From NCBI GenBank assembly GCA_963662615.2, contig CAXXSR010000002.1, forward strand, positions 128,001 through 192,000: 64,000 bases of DNA, in the 5' to 3' direction. Position numbers and translations under genes: made by a program. The stretch comes from Dehalococcoidia bacterium. GTDB taxonomy: Bacteria; Chloroflexota; Dehalococcoidia; Bin125. Positions within the stretch are counted from its first letter, which is position 1. Each line of letters begins with the position of its first letter. The notes beneath the pieces were generated by a model that saw nothing but the letters and a program-made list of their open reading frames with translations, was not told the DNA's origin and made no database searches. Of this stretch, positions 57,550 to 64,000 are shown in pieces.

Positions 57550-59112
57550 CTAGCGGTTGTCGGAGCGGCCATGCAGCTTGCGGAGATCATCCTTGAGCAC
57601 CTTGCCCATGTGGTTGCGGGGGAGCTCGCCGACGACGGTGAGGTACTGCGGCGTCTTGTAGCTGCCCAGCCGACTCTTGCAGTAGTCGCGGACGGTGTCC
57701 AAGGTGACGGTCATGCCGCGCGCGGGCACAATGACGGCCTTCACCACTTCGCCCCAGTCGGAGTCCGGCACGCCGATGACTGCGGCCTCTTCCACGCTGG
57801 GATGGTCCTCCAGGGCCTGCTCCACCTCACCGGGCGCAATGTTCTCACCGCCGCGAATGATGAGGTCCTTGGTGCGGCCGGTGATGAAGAGGTAGCCGTC
57901 CTCATCCAGGTAGCCGAGGTCGCCGGTGTGGAGCCAGCCGTCCTTGAGGACGTCGCGGGTGGCTTGGTCCTGCTTGTAGTAGCCCTTCATGACACGGCCG
58001 GAGCGGACGCAGATCTCGCCGGCGCGACCGGCGCCGAGGTGCGTCCCCTCATCGTCCTGAACGCTGAGGTCCACGTCGTCCATGATCTTGCCCACGGAGC
58101 GCAACCGATTGTCCTTCTTCGCGATCTCCTCGGGAGTGCCGACTAAGCGATGGTCGTCGGGGCCGAGGAAGCTGATCGACGAAGTGGATTCGGTCTGACC
58201 GTAGGCGTTGATGAGGTCGCAGTCGAAGGCGTCAATGGCGCGGCGGACGGTGTCGTAGGGCATGGGAGCGGCGCCGTAGGCGACCAGCTTGAGGGTGCGG
58301 CCGCTGAAGCGGTGGAAGTCGGGGTGGTCCATGATGCGCCTGAGCATGGTGGGCACCACCATGCTATGCGTGACGCCGTGTTGGTCCACCGCCTCCATCC
58401 AGGCTTCCGGGGAGAATTGTGGCAGGAGCACCAGCGTGCGCCCGCCCCAGACGGCCGAGACCATGGCGGTGACGCCGGCGATGTGAAAGAGCGGGACGCT
58501 GATGAGGATCGTGTCGTGATCCGAGGTGGGATCGGCCGGGGAGACCGTGTTGGTCACGTAGACCGTCAGGTCCTGGTACGTCACGACGACGCCCTTCGGC
58601 GCAGCGGTGGTCCCGGAGGTGAAAATGATGACGCTGGGGTCGTCGTCCTCGACCTCGGCGATGATGGAATTGTCGCTGCCCTGGAGGAGGAGGTCGTCGT
58701 AGTGGAGTTGACCGTCGACCCGGTTTTGCAGGGATACGGCGTGCTGGAGGGAGGGGAGGCGGGGCGAGATCTTGCCGATCAGATCCTGATAGCGGTCGGA
58801 GACGAAGAGGGCCGTGATCCCCGCCGTGTCCATCATGTAGGCGAGTTCGTCGCCGTTGGCGCGGTAGTTGAGCGGCACGAAGGTGAGACCCAACTTGGCG
58901 CAGGCGTAATAGATGATGACGTGCTGGGCGGAGTTGACGGCGATCACGCCCACGGCGTCGCCCTTGGCCAGGCCCAGCCCCCCGAGTGCGTTGGCCAGGC
59001 GGACGACCTCGTCGCTGGTCTCCAGGTAGGTCCGCGGGCGCTCGCCCTCGATCAGGGCGACGCGGTCGGGCAGGACGGCCGTGGACATATCCAGGAACTC
59101 GGCGGTGTTCAT
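57550..59112 (-). CDS. Acyl-CoA synthetase (AMP-binding)
   Basis: FTSGTTAAPKG, PLFH, YGQTE, WLHTGD, RGGENI, GKVLK. Confidence 0.94.
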   Translation of the reverse strand: MNTAEFLDMSTAVLPDRVALIEGERPRTYLETSDEVVRLANALGGLGLAKGDAVGVIAVNSAQHVIIYYACAKLGLTFVPLNYRANGDELAYMMDTAGITALFVSDRYQDLIGKISPRLPSLQHAVSLQNRVDGQLHYDDLLLQGSDNSIIAEVEDDDPSVIIFTSGTTAAPKGVVVTYQDLTVYVTNTVSPADPTSDHDTILISVPLFHIAGVTAMVSAVWGGRTLVLLPQFSPEAWMEAVDQHGVTHSMVVPTMLRRIMDHPDFHRFSGRTLKLVAYGAAPMPYDTVRRAIDAFDCDLINAYGQTESTSSISFLGPDDHRLVGTPEEIAKKDNRLRSVGKIMDDVDLSVQDDEGTHLGAGRAGEICVRSGRVMKGYYKQDQATRDVLKDGWLHTGDLGYLDEDGYLFITGRTKDLIIRGGENIAPGEVEQALEDHPSVEEAAVIGVPDSDWGEVVKAVIVPARGMTVTLDTVRDYCKSRLGSYKTPQYLTVVGELPRNHMGKVLKDDLRKLHGRSDNR

Positions 59113-59271
59113 ATGCGGCCCTCCCGTGCCGCGCCTGGAGCCGACCGGCCTTGGTGTCGGCTCGGGGGCGCCGACGCGGGCGCGCGCCGGGCACGCCCAA
59201 GCCGGACGGATCTCACCCGTAGGGTAGCGCGCACCGCAGCGATGGCTGGTTCAGGCCGGTGAGGCTGGGCT

Positions 59272-60045
59272 CTATTGCTCCCCGGGCAGCCGCTCCCGCG
59301 TCGTCCTGCCTGAAGTTTGGGCACGCTGGAGGAGGGCGGCCAAGGCATCGCGGGCGATGGCGGCATGGAGGGGCCCGTCGAGGCCGCGCCGGATCGCGTG
59401 CTTGGCCCGAACCAAGGTCGCCGTGTCGGCGGCGGCGAGGCGGCGCGCGAGAGCGGCGACGCTCTCGTCCAGCGACTCGTTCGGCACGACCTGACTGACC
59501 AAGCCCCAGGACAGCGCCTCGCGCGCGTCGATGCGGTCGCCGCTCAGAACGAGGCGCAGGGCGAGAGCGGGGGGGACGGAGCGCGGCAGCGTCTGGGTGC
59601 CGCCGGCGGAAGGGATGTAGCCCAAGCCGACTTCCGGCAGGGCGATGACCGTGTCCTCCGCGGCGATGCGAAGGTCGCAGAAGAGCGGCAGCTCAATGCC
59701 GGCGCCCAAGCAGAAGCCGTGCAGCGCGGCGATCGTGATGAGCGGGAGATCCTCGAGCAGCGCCCAGAGGTCGCGTTCGTGCCGGGCGCGGCGAGCCTCA
59801 ACCAAAGAAGGAGCGGCGCCGAACTCCGTCACGTCGGCGCCAGCGCAGAAGGCACGGGGCGAGTTGCCGTGGAAGGAGAGCACGCGAACGTCGGGGTCCT
59901 CAATGGCGGCGTGGAGGAACGTCCAGAGGTCGTCGCGCATTGCCAGGTTGATGGCGTTGAGCCTGTCGGGGCGGTTGAGCGTGATGCGGGCCAGGCCGGG
60001 CTCCGGCTTGTGGTAGAAGACGAAGGGTTCGCGAGAGGGGGCCAT
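59272..60045 (-). CDS. Enoyl-CoA hydratase/isomerase
   Basis: LNRPDRLNAI, FCAGAD, GAGIEL, LPEVGLG. Confidence 0.92.
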   Translation of the reverse strand: MAPSREPFVFYHKPEPGLARITLNRPDRLNAINLAMRDDLWTFLHAAIEDPDVRVLSFHGNSPRAFCAGADVTEFGAAPSLVEARRARHERDLWALLEDLPLITIAALHGFCLGAGIELPLFCDLRIAAEDTVIALPEVGLGYIPSAGGTQTLPRSVPPALALRLVLSGDRIDAREALSWGLVSQVVPNESLDESVAALARRLAAADTATLVRAKHAIRRGLDGPLHAAIARDALAALLQRAQTSGRTTRERLPGEQ

Positions 60046-60057
60046 GTAAGCGGCGAC

Positions 60058-60801
60058 CTAGCGCCCCAGGAAACGGGGCGGGCGCTTCTCCCCAAAGGCG
60101 CGGACGCCCTCGGCGCGGTCGGCGGTGGCTTGGAGCAGCACTGTGAGGTCCGTCTCGAATCGCAAGGCCTCGGCCAGCGGCATTTCGAGACCGCGCCGCA
60201 GCGATTCCTTGGCCATGCGCGTGGCGATGGGGGCCCGCTCCGCAATGCGGCCCGCCAAGGCGCGGGCCTCGGCGCGGGCGGCGTTGGGCGCCGGGGCCGC
60301 CACCACGCTCGCGAGGCCCCATTGCAACGCGGTGGGCGCGTCGATGGGGGCGTCGGCAAGGAGCAGCTCCAAAGCGCGGGCGCGGCCGACGAGACGGCCC
60401 AATCGTTGCAAGCCTGCCGCGATGGGCAGAGCGCCCTGGGCGATGCCGGGCAGCGCGAAGGTGGCCGAGGCGGCGGCCACGCGGATATCGCCGCAGAGCG
60501 CCAGCTCCAGGCCGGCGTCGCGGACGGCGCCCTCCACCACGACGATCGTGGGTTGGGGCAGTGCGGCCAGAGGGCCGAAAGGGTCGCCCATCAGGCCAGC
60601 CTCATCGGCTCGCTCCCATGCCTCAACGCTCCAGCCCGCCCAGGTCTCCGCCGCCGCCTGCAGCACGAGCACGCGCACGGCGTCATTGACGCCGACCTGC
60701 TCGCAGGAGCGGCGCAGCCGATCGACGGAGGCGCGGTCCAGCGGCCCCGCGAGGGTCACGGTGGCGATCGTGTCATCGACAGCGAGGAGGGTTTCGGCCA
60801 T
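60058..60801 (-). CDS. Crotonase-family protein, degenerate active site
   Basis: AGLELALCGDIRVA, EGVRAFGEKRPPRF; lacks AGxD and has PG in place of PE. Confidence 0.85.
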   Translation of the reverse strand: MAETLLAVDDTIATVTLAGPLDRASVDRLRRSCEQVGVNDAVRVLVLQAAAETWAGWSVEAWERADEAGLMGDPFGPLAALPQPTIVVVEGAVRDAGLELALCGDIRVAAASATFALPGIAQGALPIAAGLQRLGRLVGRARALELLLADAPIDAPTALQWGLASVVAAPAPNAARAEARALAGRIAERAPIATRMAKESLRRGLEMPLAEALRFETDLTVLLQATADRAEGVRAFGEKRPPRFLGR

Positions 60802-61000
60802 CGGCGGTCTCGATCTGCGGCTCTCGCGTCGCCGCACGCGCCTAGCTCGTGCGCGGGGTTCCGGCGCGGCGAACCGGGTCCCGAGCGTAGGCAGCGCGGC
60901 GGCGGCGCGTCAACGGGAGCGCCGGCAGCGTGTAATCTGGATAGAGCGGATCGGGGCCGCCGCGGCAGTCGCCGGCATGGCACGGAGGCGGAGAAGAGCG

Positions 61001-62278
61001 ATGGTTGGGGACGAGCGCCTACGGTGGCTGATGCGACGGGCGCTGCGCAGCGGTGGGTTGCTGATCGTGGCGGCGGCGCTCGCGGCGGCCGCCTGCGGCG
61101 GCGGCGATGATGACGCCACGACCGGAGATGGGCAGGAGCAGGCGGCCGATGCGCCCGCCGCCGCAGAGGCGGCCGTCGACGGTGAGGGCGCGGTAGCTCC
61201 GCCGCCGCCGGATCGTGCACGACAGCTGGAACCGGTCCCCGCGGATCCGGCCGCCGCCGGAGTCGCTGCCATCCAGAGCGGTCGCTTCAGCCTGGACGTG
61301 CAGCTGCAGTTGGATGAGGTCCCGACCCTTCCGGAGGAGCAGCAGTTCGTCCAGCCGCTCCTTGGCTTGCTGGAAGATTTGCACGCCGAGGGGGCATTTA
61401 ACGCCGCCGGTGATTTCGAGCTGGCGGCGGAGTTCGGCAGCGGCGCGCCGATTCCGTCGATCGAGCTCGTCTCCGCGGGCGGGGCGCTGTACACGAACAT
61501 CGGCTTCGGGTGGACGGAGGGCGCGGCGGGGCTGCCGGCGTTGCTGGGCGCGTTTGGACTCGACGCCGACGGTCTGGAGCTGAACCCCGCGGACTTGGAC
61601 CTGGGCGGCCTGGACATCGGTGATCTGGACTTTGGCGATCTCGACCTTGGCGGCTTGGGCGCCTTCGACGTGAGTGGAGGCGGCCTGGGGCTGTTCGGCG
61701 AGGACATCATTGGCGAGCTGACTGCGGCCGGGTTCGAGAAGGTCGGTGGGGAGACCATCGACGGGCGCGAGGCGGATCGCTGGCACGGGTCCGGCGACGC
61801 GCTGGCCGCGTTGCTAGCCGAGGAGGGCAACGCGACGATAGACGGGTTGGAGATCGATGTCTGGATCGACCGCGAGAGCAGTCAGCCACTGCAGGTCGAG
61901 GCGAGCGGGGAGGGCATCTCGATTGCGGACCCCGTCGATGGCACGACCGTCCGGATCGATGATCTTGACTTGGCGGTTGCTCTCGATCCGGCCACGCAGA
62001 CGCCGGTTTCCTTCAATCTGAGCATCAAGGGGATCGAGGTGATCTCCTTGGACCCCGTCGATGGCGGAACCGTGACGATCGACGAGGTCGCGGTGATGTT
62101 CGCGATCGACCCGGCGACGGAGACGCTCGTCCTGCTCGACATTAATCTCATTGGGCTGGACGCAACCGGCGCCCCGGACGACGCGCTCGCCGCCGCGCGA
62201 GGGGACGTGCGGGTGCGCTTCGCGCTAACGAATCTGAACGATCGCATCGCGATTGTGGCACCGCCGGTCACCTCCTAG
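61001..62278 (+). CDS. Acidic lipoprotein (LppX/LprAFG-like beta-rich fold; start 61001 or 61031)
   Basis: Lipobox AAAAC-GGGDDD; GGETIDGRE..W; WID...P; internal ~40-aa repeats. Confidence 0.72.
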   Translation: MVGDERLRWLMRRALRSGGLLIVAAALAAAACGGGDDDATTGDGQEQAADAPAAAEAAVDGEGAVAPPPPDRARQLEPVPADPAAAGVAAIQSGRFSLDVQLQLDEVPTLPEEQQFVQPLLGLLEDLHAEGAFNAAGDFELAAEFGSGAPIPSIELVSAGGALYTNIGFGWTEGAAGLPALLGAFGLDADGLELNPADLDLGGLDIGDLDFGDLDLGGLGAFDVSGGGLGLFGEDIIGELTAAGFEKVGGETIDGREADRWHGSGDALAALLAEEGNATIDGLEIDVWIDRESSQPLQVEASGEGISIADPVDGTTVRIDDLDLAVALDPATQTPVSFNLSIKGIEVISLDPVDGGTVTIDEVAVMFAIDPATETLVLLDINLIGLDATGAPDDALAAARGDVRVRFALTNLNDRIAIVAPPVTS

Positions 62279-62342
62279 ACCGCCGCCGCAGGCCTGGTCC
62301 GTCCCGCAAGAGGAGTCCGCGCGGCCCAGGACCCGACGGGCT

Positions 62343-64000
62343 CTACGGCCCCGACGGCTGGAGCGTCAGCCGCTGGGCGCCGTCCGCCTGGATTGCGGCG
62401 CGGTCGGTAGGGAGGGGGCGGAGGCGGCCGTAGCGCCAGTCGTCCAGGAGGTCGTGGGCGTGGGCCGCTCCGCGCCAGCCGGACTGCCCGCCGGCAAGCG
62501 CGAAATGCGCTGTGGGCGGGTCCGTCATCTGCACGATGAGCCGGAGGGCCGGGATGGCGGTCACCGGGGCGAACGGATCGGTGGCGAGCGGGCTGCCCTG
62601 GCAGACGGTGTTGGCCTCTCCTCCGAAGGGAATGGGGCCGACGTTGAAGAGTCGCGCGAGCGCCGGCACTTGGCCCAAGCCGTGGACGAGCGTGAGCTGA
62701 TGGCAGCGCCCCCATGTCCAGCGTCGCTGGTCCTCGCCCAGACGCTCGCGCAGCAACGCCACGCCGTCACGGAAGGCGCGGGTGAGAGCGGCGATCCAGA
62801 CCCTGCGGCCCTCCACCGAGGGGCCGACGGGGCCAAACCAGTCCGCCGGTGCACGATTGAGCAGGCCGGTCAGGAGCGACGCGGCGCGACCGGCGATCAG
62901 GTTGACGTTGGGGATGGCGTGGCTGTTGCCGAGGTAGAGGGCCACGTCTTCGCCCAGCCGGGCTCGGAGCACCGCGTCGAGGAGCCGGCTGTAGGTGGCT
63001 GCCACGACCGCCGCGGCCACTGAGGCGGGCTCCATGCGGCCGTCCCAGCGGCGGATCAGCGCCAGCAGCGCGCGCTCCTGGTCGCCGGCGGGCGCGAGGG
63101 CGAGGAGATGGTCCCGGACGGAGAGGAGGGCCAGCGATTTCCGATCGGCCTGGAGCGCGCGCGCCGCCTCCACGCTGTGGGGCGCGGTGGCCGCCAAGGC
63201 CTGGCCAATTCGCGCCGCCCGATAGCCATCCAGAAATTCGCCGGCGAAGGGGAGTTGGTCCGCAGGTCGCGGAGGGTTGTTGGCGCTCCAAACGTGGCCC
63301 TCCGGCGGATGGAACTCATGGGGCAACTCTTCCCAGGGGATGTAGCCCTGCCAGTCGTAGGCGGCGTCCCAACCGGGCGCCGGCAGCCAGCCGGCGCCGG
63401 GGCGGCGGCGCGGGACGGGCCCGACGAACTGGATGCCGACGCGGCCATCGACGTCGGCGTAGGCCAAGGTCAGATTGTAGTCGTGAAAGCCGGCCGCGGC
63501 GCGGCGAAAGTCGTCGATGCTTGCCGCCGTGGGGAGCGCCAGAAGCGCGTCGGCGGAGTGCACGGGGTCCAGGACAGCGCTGCGCAAGGCGAGGGCCTGG
63601 CGGATACCGGGCAGCTCGGACGAAACCACGGGCCCGTGGCGGGTGATGCGCACACGGAGGGTCAGGGCGGGGTGGCCGCGTACCGCGATACGCTCCTCCG
63701 CGATTTCGGCGTCGCGCCAGCCGTCAGGGGCCCGGTAGCGGATGCCGTCATCCGCGAACTCTTCCACGAACAGCTCTTGCACAGAGGCGAGGCCGGCCGT
63801 GGGCCCCCAGGCGATGCGCCGATTGAAGCCCCAGGTGATGCCCGGGAGCCCGGCGAGGCCCGCACCGGCGACGTCAAACTCCGGGCAGTGGAGGTGAACG
63901 AAATAGGCGAAGGGAGGATTGGTGGCCGCCAGGTGTGGGTCGCAGGCGAGCAGCGCGTGGCCGTCGGCGCAGTGGTCGGCGTCGACGGCCCAGTTATTGC
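62343..64000 (-). CDS. Penicillin acylase/AHL-acylase-family Ntn hydrolase, beta chain (5' part outside window)
   Basis: Window end reads (S)NNWAVD..GHALLACDPHL; GLPGI, TRHGPV, YADVDGRVG, SANN, WTWG..H, GGQSG. Confidence 0.92.
   Translation of the reverse strand, partial: NNWAVDADHCADGHALLACDPHLAATNPPFAYFVHLHCPEFDVAGAGLAGLPGITWGFNRRIAWGPTAGLASVQELFVEEFADDGIRYRAPDGWRDAEIAEERIAVRGHPALTLRVRITRHGPVVSSELPGIRQALALRSAVLDPVHSADALLALPTAASIDDFRRAAAGFHDYNLTLAYADVDGRVGIQFVGPVPRRRPGAGWLPAPGWDAAYDWQGYIPWEELPHEFHPPEGHVWSANNPPRPADQLPFAGEFLDGYRAARIGQALAATAPHSVEAARALQADRKSLALLSVRDHLLALAPAGDQERALLALIRRWDGRMEPASVAAAVVAATYSRLLDAVLRARLGEDVALYLGNSHAIPNVNLIAGRAASLLTGLLNRAPADWFGPVGPSVEGRRVWIAALTRAFRDGVALLRERLGEDQRRWTWGRCHQLTLVHGLGQVPALARLFNVGPIPFGGEANTVCQGSPLATDPFAPVTAIPALRLIVQMTDPPTAHFALAGGQSGWRGAAHAHDLLDDWRYGRLRPLPTDRAAIQADGAQRLTLQPSGP

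Overview
High-GC bacterial chromosomal segment. Gene content and protein style suggest Chloroflexota, probably Dehalococcoidia (inference, not tested). It is mostly housekeeping: ilvB-ilvN-ilvC, ilvE, mnmA, rsfS, ndk, tsaE/tsaB, gyrA, rex, mreB, murA, a complete atpIBEFHAGDC operon, pyrF, cinA, coaE and two tRNA-Ser genes. Accessory genes include TetR/MFS, OsmC, MBL hydrolases, an SDR, a LarA-family racemase, a HicAB module, an orphan DNA methyltransferase, and an acyl-CoA ligase/crotonase/FadF/ETF block next to an Ntn acylase. I found no transposase, integrase, prophage, CRISPR or reverse transcriptase. The most unusual observations are: (1) ATP synthase subunit a with a ~225-aa acidic soluble insertion; (2) a CbbQ/NorQ-type AAA+ ATPase paired with a 1082-aa VWA adaptor that carries eight ~37-aa helical repeats, with no RuBisCO or NO reductase client in the window; (3) two REP-like hairpin families assembled into nested composites, and a third repeat tied to the tRNA-Ser genes; (4) a GyrA quinolone-resistance-determining region (QRDR) reading HPHSEA and a Cys-to-Asp MurA; (5) many short tandem duplications at gene ends and several gene relics. 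All calls come from motif reading by eye; no database searches were run.
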